A stretch of 58,251 nt of DNA, taken from assembly GCA_036252775.1 (NCBI GenBank), contig DASYID010000114.1, forward strand, positions 1 to 58,251, in the 5' to 3' direction. The notes under the pieces are model-generated. The model worked only from the letters and a program-made list of their open reading frames with translations, was not told the origin of the DNA and ran no database searches. Below, piece by piece: positions 35,318 to 44,300 of this stretch; positions within the stretch are counted from its first letter, which is position 1; every line of letters begins with the position of its first letter. This DNA comes from Solirubrobacteraceae bacterium (GTDB taxonomy: Bacteria > Actinomycetota > Thermoleophilia > Solirubrobacterales > Solirubrobacteraceae). Both the position numbers and the translations under genes were made by a program.

Positions 35318-36859
35318 CTAGATGGCCCGCCAGCGATGACCATCTTGCAGCAGCTGGTCAGCCTCCTCGGGGCCCTGCGTGCCCGCCTCGTACTGGGGCA
35401 ACGGGCCGGGCTGCTGAGCCCAGGTGCTCACGATCGGGTCGCAGATGCGCCACTGGGCCTCGACCTCGTCGTTGCGCGTGAACAGCGTCGCGTCCCCGCG
35501 CATGGCGTCCATGATCAGGCGCTCGTAGGCCTCGGGGGACTGGGACATGAACGCCGTCCCGTAGAGGAACTCCATGTTCACCGGGCGGATCGACATGCGC
35601 GTGCCCGGGATCTTGGCGCCCAGGGAGATCGACACGCCCTCGTTGGGCTGCATGGTCAGGATCAGCTGGTTGGGCTTGACGCCGACCGAGCCCTCGGACT
35701 GAAAGGCCAGGTGGGGGACCGGCTTGAGGGTGACGGCGATCTCGGTGACCTTGCGCGCCAGGCGCTTGCCCGTGCGCAGGTAGAACGGGACGCCCGCCCA
35801 GCGCCAGTTCTGCACCGACAGGCGCAGGGCGGCGTAGGTCTCGGTGTTGGAGTCCGCCGGCACGTCTGACTCCTGCAGGTAGCCGGGAGCGTCCTCGCCG
35901 GCCGACACGCCCTCCGCGTACTGGGCCCGCACCGCCATCTGCGATACCGCCTCGGCTGTGGGGGCGGGGATGGCGTGCAGGACCTTGACCTTCTCGTCGC
36001 GGACCTCGTCGGCGGAGAAGTCCACCGGCGGCTCCATGCACAGCAGCGTGAGCAGCTGGAGCATGTGGTTCTGGACCAGGTCGCGCAGGGCGCCGGCGCT
36101 GTCGTAGTAGCCGGCGCGGGAACCGATGCCGATGTCCTCGGCCGCGGTGATCTGGACGTTGTCGATGTAGTTTCGGTTCCACACCGGCTCAAACAGGCCG
36201 TTGGCGAACCGGAAGGCCAGCATGTTCTGGACGGTCTCCTTGCCCAGGTAGTGATCGATGCGAAAGACCTGGCGCTCCTCGAAGACGCCGAGCACCTCCG
36301 CGTTGAGCTCCTGGGCCTCGGCCAGCGTGGTCCCGAAGGGCTTCTCGATGATCACCCGCACCTCGCTGTCGGGGTGGCGGTGCAGGCCCTCTCGGCCCAG
36401 TGCGCCGACGATCACCGGGAAGAAGCTCGGGGCCGTCGACAGATAGAAGGCCCGGTTCAGCGGGCCCCCGGCGGCCTGGTCGAACTCCTCGAGCGTCTTG
36501 GTCAGCTCGCCGTAGATCGACTCGTCGTCAAACGAGCCGGGGATGTAGCGCGCCTCGTTGAGCAGCTCCTCGAGCACCTTGGCGTCGGGCTCGCGGCGGG
36601 AGAACTCGCGGATGGCGTCCTGGGCCATCTCGCGAAAGTCGCCGTGGGGCATGTCCGAGCGCGAGACGCCGATCAGGTGAAAGCGCTCGGGCAAGGCCCC
36701 TTCGTGGGCCAGGTTGTAGAGGGCGGGCAGCAGCTTTCGCTTGGATAAGTCGCCGGTGGCGCCGAAGATGACCAGCGTGGTGTTGTGCACCGGGAGGCGC
36801 TCAAGTCCCTCGGTGAGCGGGTTGTCGTGCTCGGGTGCCTCGGCGTCGGGGGTGGTCAC
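35318..36859 (-). CDS. zwf: Glucose-6-phosphate 1-dehydrogenase
   Basis: Motifs are LVIFGATGDLSKRKLLPALY and RIDHYLGKE. It shares a 4-nt overlap with gnd. Confidence 0.95.
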   Translation of the reverse strand: MTTPDAEAPEHDNPLTEGLERLPVHNTTLVIFGATGDLSKRKLLPALYNLAHEGALPERFHLIGVSRSDMPHGDFREMAQDAIREFSRREPDAKVLEELLNEARYIPGSFDDESIYGELTKTLEEFDQAAGGPLNRAFYLSTAPSFFPVIVGALGREGLHRHPDSEVRVIIEKPFGTTLAEAQELNAEVLGVFEERQVFRIDHYLGKETVQNMLAFRFANGLFEPVWNRNYIDNVQITAAEDIGIGSRAGYYDSAGALRDLVQNHMLQLLTLLCMEPPVDFSADEVRDEKVKVLHAIPAPTAEAVSQMAVRAQYAEGVSAGEDAPGYLQESDVPADSNTETYAALRLSVQNWRWAGVPFYLRTGKRLARKVTEIAVTLKPVPHLAFQSEGSVGVKPNQLILTMQPNEGVSISLGAKIPGTRMSIRPVNMEFLYGTAFMSQSPEAYERLIMDAMRGDATLFTRNDEVEAQWRICDPIVSTWAQQPGPLPQYEAGTQGPEEADQLLQDGHRWRAI

Positions 36860-37812
36860 GATGGCTTGGCCTCTTGGGCGCGCGTCTTCATGGTGTGGCC
36901 GCCGAACTGGTTACGCAGCGCGGCCAGGACGCGGTGGGTGAAGTCGCCGTTGCCGCGCGAGTAGAAGCGGGCATGCAGCGACGCGGTGATCACCGGCGTG
37001 GGCACGTCCTTGGCCATCGCGTCCTCGATCGTCCAGCGCCCCTCGCCGGAGTCCGCGGTGAAGCCGTCGATGTCCTCGAGCTGGTTGCCATCCTGCTCGA
37101 AGGCGCGCGCGGCCAGCTCGCACAGCCAGGAGCGAACCACCGAGCCCTGCCCCCATAGGTGGGCGATCTTGGCGTTGTCGAGCTCGAATTCGGACTTGTC
37201 GAACAGATCAAAGCCCTCGGCGTAGGCCTGCATGAGCCCGTATTCGACCCCGTTGTGGACCATCTTCACGTAGTGCCCCGCGCCGGAGGGGCCGAAGTGA
37301 CCCCAGCCGCGCGGGCCGATGGCCTCGCGGCTGAGCTCGTTGGTCTCGGGGGCGAGCACGTCGAGGATCGGCGACAGCCGCTTGACCGCCTTGTTGGAGC
37401 CCCCGACCATCATGCAGTAGCCGACCTCCAGCCCCCACACCCCGCCGCTGGTGCCGACGTCGACGTAGTGGATCCCCTCCTTGCGCAGCTCCGCTGAGCG
37501 CGCCTTGTCGTCGGTCCACTTGGAGTTGCCCCCGTCGACGATCGTGTCATCGCGGTCCAGCAGCTTGGCCAGCTTGTCGACGGTCTCTTGCGTGGGGTCC
37601 CCGGCGGGGACCATGATCCAGACGGTGCGCGGCGCGTCGAGCTTGGAGACCAGGTCACGCAGCGACTTGGCCCCGACTGCCCCCGCCTTGACCGCCTTGG
37701 CCACCGCCTTCTCGTCGAAGTCAAAGGCGACGACGTCGTGCTCGGAGTCGCGCTTGATGCGCGCGACCATGTTGCCGCCCATGCGGCCCAGGCCTACGAA
37801 GCCGATCTGCAT
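36856..37812 (-). CDS. gnd: 6-phosphogluconate dehydrogenase, decarboxylating (short form)
   Basis: Motifs are MQIGFVGLGRMGGNM, GGNSKW, VDVGTSGG and HYVKMVHNG. Confidence 0.9.
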   Translation of the reverse strand: MQIGFVGLGRMGGNMVARIKRDSEHDVVAFDFDEKAVAKAVKAGAVGAKSLRDLVSKLDAPRTVWIMVPAGDPTQETVDKLAKLLDRDDTIVDGGNSKWTDDKARSAELRKEGIHYVDVGTSGGVWGLEVGYCMMVGGSNKAVKRLSPILDVLAPETNELSREAIGPRGWGHFGPSGAGHYVKMVHNGVEYGLMQAYAEGFDLFDKSEFELDNAKIAHLWGQGSVVRSWLCELAARAFEQDGNQLEDIDGFTADSGEGRWTIEDAMAKDVPTPVITASLHARFYSRGNGDFTHRVLAALRNQFGGHTMKTRAQEAKPS

Positions 37813-37837
37813 GCCGATCCTCTCGCTGGGGGTGTTC

Positions 37838-40639
37838 TCACAGCAGCTTCCGGATGCGCTCGGTCAGCGCGCGCAGGGCTGCCGCCGGGTCATCGCCGTC
37901 CAGGCGCACGCGCTCGGCCGGCAGGCCGTGCTCGCGCAGGGTCTGCAGGTCACCGGTGGCCTGGGCGTTCTTCAGCGTGGCGAAGGTAAACGGCTGGCCC
38001 GGAATCTCGAGATCCTCGGCCCCGTCGTGGACCAGCTGCAGGAAGCGCCCCACCTTCGGGCCGCCCTTGTGAAACTGACCGGTGGAGTGCAGGAAGCGCG
38101 GTCCGTAGCCGAACGTCGTCGTCGCCTTGGTGGCCTCGCGAAGGGCCAGGCGCAGCTCGCCGATCGCCTCGTCAAACGCCTCCGAGGGCGCAACGTAGCC
38201 CATGATCGCCACGTAGTCGGGCGGCCGGGCGTCGGCCAGCAGCCGCCGCAGGGCCTCGTCGTCGGCCTCTGAGACCTCGGGCAGGCGGCCCTCGCTGTGA
38301 AACTGGTCGAGCACGCGGCTGGTGTTGTCCTTGGCCTCCTGGACGTTGGGCTGGTCAAACGGGTTGATCTCCAGCACCCACCCCGCCACCGCGGTGGCGA
38401 ACTCGGCGAAGAAGAAGATGCGCCCGAGATCGCCCGGCCCGTGCGCCGGCAGGGTGATGGTGGGGTGCCCGGCCTTGATCAGCTCCTTGACCGCCGCCTC
38501 CTGCTCGGGGTCGGGGTCCTGCTCGTTGCGCAGGTAGGCAAACACCCGATCAGACCCGAAGCTGTCGGGCTCACCGAGCGGCTCGTCGGCCACCGGCAGG
38601 ATGCCCTTGCCCTCCTTGCCCGTGCTCTCGGCCACGAGCTGCTCGGCCCACAGGCCAAAGCTGGCGATCGGCTCGGAGACCACGAAGGTCAGCTTGTCGC
38701 GGCCGTGCCGGGCCAGCTCGCCCAGGGTTAGGCCCAGCCACAGCCCCGAGTTGTTGGCGGTCGAGTCAAACGAGACGCTCGCCTGCTCGGCCACGCCCGC
38801 GCCGTCCAGCAGCGCGCTCAGGTCGACGCCCATCAGCGCGGCAGGCACCAGGCCGAACAGCGACAGCGCCGAGTAGCGCCCGCCGATGTCGGGGTCGTTT
38901 ACGAACGTACGCCGGAACTCGTGGCGCTGGGCGAGGTCTATGAGCGAGCTGCCCGGGTCGGTGATGGCCACGAAGTGCGAGCCGGCGCGCTCGGCGCCGA
39001 CCGCCTGGGTGACCTGCTGATGGAAGTGGCCGAAGAGCGAGAGGGTCTCGATCGTCCCGCCCGACTTGGTGGAGACCAGGAACAGGGCCTTCTCCAGGTC
39101 CACGCGCTCCTGCACGGCGCGGATGGCGCCCGGGTCGGTCGAGTCGAGCACGTGCAGCGTCAGCGCCCCTGACGGCGCCGCCGAGCGGCCGTTGGGCGAC
39201 GGCCCGGAGCCCGCCTGCTCAAAGCTCTGGCGCAGCACCTCGGGCGCCAGGCTCGAGCCGCCCATGCCCAGCAGCACGGCGTCGGTCAAGCCCTCCTGCG
39301 AGCAGTTGCGAGCGAAGGCCTCGAGGTCGCCGACTCGCTCGGCCATCGCCTCGGCGATCGTCAGCCAGCCCAGGCGATTGCCCACCTCGGGCACGCCGGG
39401 ACCGCCCCAGAGGCTCTCGTCCTTGCGCCACAGGCGGCGCGCGACATCCTCGGTGGTCGCCTGCTCGATGCGCTTGACGATCGCCGGCTCGAGCTCCTCG
39501 GGCAACCAGGACTCGATCGTCGCCGGGCGGCGGGTGACGATCGCTTCGCGCTTGGACTCAAGCGCGGTCAGCAGCTTCTCCATCGGCGTGACGAAGGCGT
39601 CGATTCCGTCGTCGAGCAGCTTGAGGGTGACCTCCTCCATGTCGATGCCCGCCTGCGCCAGCGCGTCGAGCTCGGCGGAGGGGTCGCGATCGGCGGTGGC
39701 CTCACCGCTGATCTCGCCGCGCTCGGCGACCGCGTGCAGCGTGGCCATGGGCATCGTGTTGACGGTGTCGGGGGCCACCAGCTGATCGACGTACATGGTC
39801 TCTGAGTACTGGGGGTTCTTGACGCCGGTGGACGCCCACAGGGGACGCTGCACGGCCGCGCCGGCCTCCTTCAGGGCCGCGAAGCGGTCCCCATAAAAGA
39901 TCTCCTTGAAGCGCTGGTAGGCGGCGCGGGCGTTAGCCAGCGCGGCGGTCCCGGCGAGGTCATCGCGGCCGAGCTCCTCCAGGCGCTTGTCGACCTCTGA
40001 GTCAACCCGCGAGACAAAGAAGCTGGCCACCGAGTGGATGTCCAGCGACTTGCCCTCCTGGTGGCGGCGCTCGAGGCCGCGGATGAACGCCTCGGCCACG
40101 TTGGAGTAGGACTCGACCGAGAACAGCAGCGTGACGTTGACGTGTATGCCCTCGTAGATGGCCTGCTCGATGGCGGGCACACCCTCGGTGGTGCCGGGGA
40201 TCTTGATCATCACGTTGGGGCGCCCCACCCGCCGGGAGTAGTCGCGCGCCTGCTCGAGCGTCACGTCGGTGTCGTGGGCGGCGCTGGGGCCGACCTCCAG
40301 CGAGACGTAGCCGTCGACCCCACCGGAGGACTCCCACACCGGCCGCAGCACGTCGGCCGCGAGCTGCACGTCGAGCACGGCCATGCGCAGGTACAGCTCC
40401 TCGCCGCTGACGCCCTCCTCGACGAGCTCGCGCAGCTGGTCGTCGTAGTCCTCAGAGCCCAGGATCGCCTTCTCGAAGATGGCCGGGTTGGAGGTCACGC
40501 CGCGCAGCGAGTCCTGCTCGACCAGGCGCTGGAGCTCACCGCCCTCGATCAGCGTGCGGCGGATCTGGTCCAGCCACACGCTGGTGCCCGCCGCCGTCAG
40601 CGCCGCGAGCCGCTCGTTTACCTGTGCCGTTGCGCCCAT
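37838..40639 (-). CDS. tal: Bifunctional transaldolase / glucose-6-phosphate isomerase fusion
   Basis: The N-terminal transaldolase half has VTSNPAIF, MIKIPGT and FFVSRVD. The C-terminal PGI half has LLGMGGSSLAPEV and IGGRYSALS. Confidence 0.9.
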   Translation of the reverse strand: MGATAQVNERLAALTAAGTSVWLDQIRRTLIEGGELQRLVEQDSLRGVTSNPAIFEKAILGSEDYDDQLRELVEEGVSGEELYLRMAVLDVQLAADVLRPVWESSGGVDGYVSLEVGPSAAHDTDVTLEQARDYSRRVGRPNVMIKIPGTTEGVPAIEQAIYEGIHVNVTLLFSVESYSNVAEAFIRGLERRHQEGKSLDIHSVASFFVSRVDSEVDKRLEELGRDDLAGTAALANARAAYQRFKEIFYGDRFAALKEAGAAVQRPLWASTGVKNPQYSETMYVDQLVAPDTVNTMPMATLHAVAERGEISGEATADRDPSAELDALAQAGIDMEEVTLKLLDDGIDAFVTPMEKLLTALESKREAIVTRRPATIESWLPEELEPAIVKRIEQATTEDVARRLWRKDESLWGGPGVPEVGNRLGWLTIAEAMAERVGDLEAFARNCSQEGLTDAVLLGMGGSSLAPEVLRQSFEQAGSGPSPNGRSAAPSGALTLHVLDSTDPGAIRAVQERVDLEKALFLVSTKSGGTIETLSLFGHFHQQVTQAVGAERAGSHFVAITDPGSSLIDLAQRHEFRRTFVNDPDIGGRYSALSLFGLVPAALMGVDLSALLDGAGVAEQASVSFDSTANNSGLWLGLTLGELARHGRDKLTFVVSEPIASFGLWAEQLVAESTGKEGKGILPVADEPLGEPDSFGSDRVFAYLRNEQDPDPEQEAAVKELIKAGHPTITLPAHGPGDLGRIFFFAEFATAVAGWVLEINPFDQPNVQEAKDNTSRVLDQFHSEGRLPEVSEADDEALRRLLADARPPDYVAIMGYVAPSEAFDEAIGELRLALREATKATTTFGYGPRFLHSTGQFHKGGPKVGRFLQLVHDGAEDLEIPGQPFTFATLKNAQATGDLQTLREHGLPAERVRLDGDDPAAALRALTERIRKLL

Positions 40640-40673
40640 GGTGTTCTCCTGACTCGAAGTGCGTTGGTCGTGG

Positions 40674-42716
40674 CTAAGCGCCGGCCCGGCCGCCCGCGCG
40701 CTCCAGCGCGGCTCGTCCCAGCTCGGCTAGGTGCTCAGAGGTGATGCCGAAGTGCTCATAGACCTCCTCGGCGGGGCCCGACTCGCCGAAGGTCTCCATG
40801 CCCAAGAACGTGCCCGCCGGCCCGATCCAGCGGTCCCAGCCCATCGGCGAGGCCGCCTCGACGGCAACCCGCGCGCCGCACTCGGGCGGCAGCACCTGGT
40901 CGCGGTAGGCCTGCTCGCCGGCGGCGAAGGTGTCCATGCACGGCATGCTCACCACGCGCACCGCGACGCCCTCCTCGGCCAGGCGCTCGGCGGCCTCCAC
41001 GCACAGCGAGACCTCTGAGCCGGTGCCGATCAGGATCAGCTCCGGCGGGCGTCCGTCGGCGTCACGCAGCACGTAGGCCCCCCGCTCGATCGCGTCGTCG
41101 GGGATCGCGTCGGGGTCAAGGACGGGCAGGTTCTGGCGCGACAGGGCAAAGGCGCTCGGCGCCTCGCTCTGACGCAGCGCGAAGCGCCAGGCCAGCGCCG
41201 TCTCGTTGGCGTCGGCGGGACGCAGCACGTTCAGGCGCGGGATCGCGCGCAGCGCGGCCAGGTGCTCGACCGGCTGATGGGTCGGGCCATCCTCGCCCAG
41301 GCCGATCGAGTCGTGGGTGTAGACCCAGATCGAAGGGAGCTTCATCAGCGCCGACAGGCGCACCGCTCCCCGCATGTAGTCAGAGAAGGTCAGGAACGTC
41401 GCTCCCAGAGCGCGGAACCCGTGCAGGGCCAGGCCGTTGACCGTCGCTCCCATTCCGTGCTCGCGCACGCCGAAGTGGATGTTTCGCCCCGAGTACTCCC
41501 CCGCGCTCACCGCCCCGGCATCCTCGATGTCGGTCAGCGTCGAGGAGGCCAGGTCAGCCGAGCCCCCGACCAGGAACGGGACGCCCTTGGCCACCCACTG
41601 GATGACCTGCCCGGACGCCTTGCGGGTAGCCATCCCCTTGGGGTCTGCGTCAAAGCGCGGCAGGTCTGAGTCCCAGCCGTCGGGCAGCTCGCCGGCGTCG
41701 ATGGTCTGCAGCAGGCGGGCCTGGTCGGGGTGCTCCTGGCGGTAGGACTGCAGGCGCTCGTTCCACTGGGCCTCGGCTTGCGCCCCGCGCTCACAGCACT
41801 CGCGGAAGTGCTCAAGGGCCTCGTCGGGGATCAGAAACTGCGCGTCGGGGTCCCAGCCGTAGGCCTGCTTGGTCAGCCTGACCTCCTCCTCGCCCAGCGG
41901 CGAGCCGTGGGCCTTTGAGCTGTCTTGCTTGTTGGGGCTGCCGTAGCCGATGTGGGTGCGCACGAGGATCAGCGAGGGCCGGTCCTCCACGTCCATGGCG
42001 GCCCGGGTGGCCTGCTCGATTTGGTCGGGCGAGATCTCCTCGCCCAGGTTCTGCACGTGCCAGCCGTAGGCCTCATAGCGCGCGGCGACGTCCTCGGAGA
42101 AGGAGTCAGAGGTGGGGCCGGCGAGCTGGATCTTGTTGTCGTCGTAGAAGGCGATCAGGCGGCCCAGGCCAAGATGGCCGGCCAGCGAGCTGGCCTCGGA
42201 GGCCACGCCCTCCTGCATGTCCCCGTCGGAGGCGATCGTGAACGTGTGGTGGTCGATGATGTCCTGCTCGCCGACGTTGAAGCGTGCTGCGAGCATGCGC
42301 TCGCCCAGGGCCAGGCCCACCGACATGGCCAGCCCCTGGCCCAACGGGCCGGTGGTGGCCTCGATGCCCGGTGAGTACTTGCGCTCGGGGTGCCCGGCGG
42401 TGGGCGAGCCGACCTGGCGGAAGTTCTTGATGTCCTCCAGGCTCATGGGGTACCCCGTGAGGTGCAGGATCGAGTAGAGCAGCATCGAGGCGTGCCCGGC
42501 CGAGAGCACGAAGCGGTCGCGGTCCAGCCAGTCGGGGTTGGCCGGGTTGTGACGCATGACGCGCGTGTAAAGCGTGTAGACCACGGGGGCCAGGGCCATC
42601 GGCGCGCCCGGATGCCCGGAGTTGGCCTTCTGCACGGCGTCCATCGACAGCGTGCGGATGGTGTTGATGCACAGCTCCTCGAGGGCCGCGCGGTCCGTCG
42701 TGGACGCTGCGTTCAT
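40674..42716 (-). CDS. tkt: Transketolase
   Basis: Motifs are NSGHPGAPM, ASDGDMQEG and THDSIGLGEDGPTHQP. The start was chosen at MNAAST (ATG 42716), preceded by GGGAGGAAG. The track start at 42779 is an extension. Confidence 0.95.
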   Translation of the reverse strand: MNAASTTDRAALEELCINTIRTLSMDAVQKANSGHPGAPMALAPVVYTLYTRVMRHNPANPDWLDRDRFVLSAGHASMLLYSILHLTGYPMSLEDIKNFRQVGSPTAGHPERKYSPGIEATTGPLGQGLAMSVGLALGERMLAARFNVGEQDIIDHHTFTIASDGDMQEGVASEASSLAGHLGLGRLIAFYDDNKIQLAGPTSDSFSEDVAARYEAYGWHVQNLGEEISPDQIEQATRAAMDVEDRPSLILVRTHIGYGSPNKQDSSKAHGSPLGEEEVRLTKQAYGWDPDAQFLIPDEALEHFRECCERGAQAEAQWNERLQSYRQEHPDQARLLQTIDAGELPDGWDSDLPRFDADPKGMATRKASGQVIQWVAKGVPFLVGGSADLASSTLTDIEDAGAVSAGEYSGRNIHFGVREHGMGATVNGLALHGFRALGATFLTFSDYMRGAVRLSALMKLPSIWVYTHDSIGLGEDGPTHQPVEHLAALRAIPRLNVLRPADANETALAWRFALRQSEAPSAFALSRQNLPVLDPDAIPDDAIERGAYVLRDADGRPPELILIGTGSEVSLCVEAAERLAEEGVAVRVVSMPCMDTFAAGEQAYRDQVLPPECGARVAVEAASPMGWDRWIGPAGTFLGMETFGESGPAEEVYEHFGITSEHLAELGRAALERAGGRAGA

Positions 42717-42794
42717 CGCTTCCTCCCTGGCTGAAGGTGGGACGAGGGGATCATCATGCACGGGCGGCGTTGAGGGCAAACGGTCACTGGGCGC

Positions 42795-43253
42795 TCAGCT
42801 GACCTCCAGGTGGGCATCGAGGCCGTCGCGCTCCATCGCTGCGACCTTGGCCAGGCGTCGGACATGGCGCTCCTCGCCGCTGAAGCTCGCCCCGGCGAAG
42901 GCGGTGGCCAGGCCGGCCGCGATCTCCGGTCCGATCACCCGCGCCCCCAGGCACAGGACGTTGACGTCGTCGTGGGAGACCGACTGGGCGGCGGTGTAGG
43001 TGTCGTGAGCCACCGTGGCCCTGATACCCGGAAGCTTGCTGGCCGCCACCGCCACCCCGGCGCCGGAGCCGCAGACGACGATGCCGCGCTCGGCGCGGCC
43101 GTCCAGCACCGCCCGACCGACCGACATGGCTACGTCGGGGTAGTCGTCGGCGTTGCCCAGGTCCAGCGGCTCATGGCCGGCCTCGGTGAGGGCCTGTACC
43201 AGGCGTTCGCGCAGCGATATCCCGGCGTGGTCGAAGCCCAGGGCGATCCTCAC
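42795..43253 (-). CDS. rpiB: Ribose-5-phosphate isomerase B
   Basis: Motifs are MRIALGFDHAG and VVCGSGAGVAVAASK. It shares a 4-nt overlap with the upstream kinase gene. Confidence 0.9.
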   Translation of the reverse strand: MRIALGFDHAGISLRERLVQALTEAGHEPLDLGNADDYPDVAMSVGRAVLDGRAERGIVVCGSGAGVAVAASKLPGIRATVAHDTYTAAQSVSHDDVNVLCLGARVIGPEIAAGLATAFAGASFSGEERHVRRLAKVAAMERDGLDAHLEVS

Positions 43254-44290
43254 GCGCGCGCCCCCTCGGGCCGGTGGGCGGGCCGGTGGGCGGGCCGGTG
43301 GGCGGCCAGCTCCTCGCGGGCCAGCAGCGCCGCGCCGCGCACGCCGGCCTGGGGGCCGGAGCGCGCCAGGCGGATGTCGGTGGTGGTGCCGACTCCGGGC
43401 AGGACGAAGCGGCGCGCGGTCTCTCGCACCGGCTCCAGCAGCAGCTCGCCGGCGGCCGACACCCCGCCGCCGATGGCCACTACGTCGGGGTCGAAGGTGT
43501 TGATCGCGTTGGCCACCCCCACACCCAGGCGCCGACCGAGCAGGGCGATCGCCTCACGGGCCCGGTCATCGCCGCCCTGGGCGGCGCTGACCGCGTCGTG
43601 GCCGTCCACCGAGCCGTCACGGGCCAGAAGCCGGCCCAGGGCGGAGTCGGGATGCGCGGCGGCGCTATCGGCCACCAGGTGATCGAGGGCGCGCCCGGCG
43701 GCCAGGGCCTCGAGCGAGCCCGCTTGCGGGAAGTGCGCCAGGGGTTCGGGGACCCCGTCGTGGAGGTCGAGGCCGATCAGCGTGTGGCCGAGCTCGGCCG
43801 CCGCTCCGGTGGCGCCGCGGTACACCCGCCCGTCGAGCACCAGGCCGCCCCCCACGCCGGTGCCGACGGTGAACATGACCAGGTTGTGCACGTCGAGCTC
43901 GCCGTCCTCGTCATGGGCCTCGGCCAACGCCGCGCAGGTGGCGTCGTTGTCTACGAACACCGGTACGCCGAGGCGATCCTGCAGAACCTCACGCAGGGGG
44001 ATGTCGGCCAGCGGGACGTTGACGCTCGAGCGCGCCCGTCCGCTGGCGAAGTCGACCACCGAGGGGATCCCGATGCCCACCGCGGCCACCTCGGCGCCCT
44101 CCATCTCGCGCTGGCTCTGTACCTGCTCGGCGATCTGGTCCACCAGTGCGTCCCCGCTGGAGGCCTGGGTGGGCTGCAGCCGCGGCTCGGACAGGGTCCC
44201 CCCGTCCAGGGAGGCCACCGAGACCTTCGTGCCGCCCACGTCGACTCCGATCAGGTGCTGGGCGCAGGGTGGCTGATCGGGGGCGGGCAT
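43250..44290 (-). CDS. ROK-family sugar kinase (glucokinase-like) lacking the Cys-rich Zn motif
   Basis: Motifs are IGVDVGGTKV, DNDATCAALAE, GTGVGGG and AELGH. The canonical CxCGxxGC segment reads HFPQAGSLE. The C-terminus carries an (AHRP)3 repeat. Confidence 0.85.
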   Translation of the reverse strand: MPAPDQPPCAQHLIGVDVGGTKVSVASLDGGTLSEPRLQPTQASSGDALVDQIAEQVQSQREMEGAEVAAVGIGIPSVVDFASGRARSSVNVPLADIPLREVLQDRLGVPVFVDNDATCAALAEAHDEDGELDVHNLVMFTVGTGVGGGLVLDGRVYRGATGAAAELGHTLIGLDLHDGVPEPLAHFPQAGSLEALAAGRALDHLVADSAAAHPDSALGRLLARDGSVDGHDAVSAAQGGDDRAREAIALLGRRLGVGVANAINTFDPDVVAIGGGVSAAGELLLEPVRETARRFVLPGVGTTTDIRLARSGPQAGVRGAALLAREELAAHRPAHRPAHRPEGARA

Positions 44291-44300
44291 GCGATGGCTC

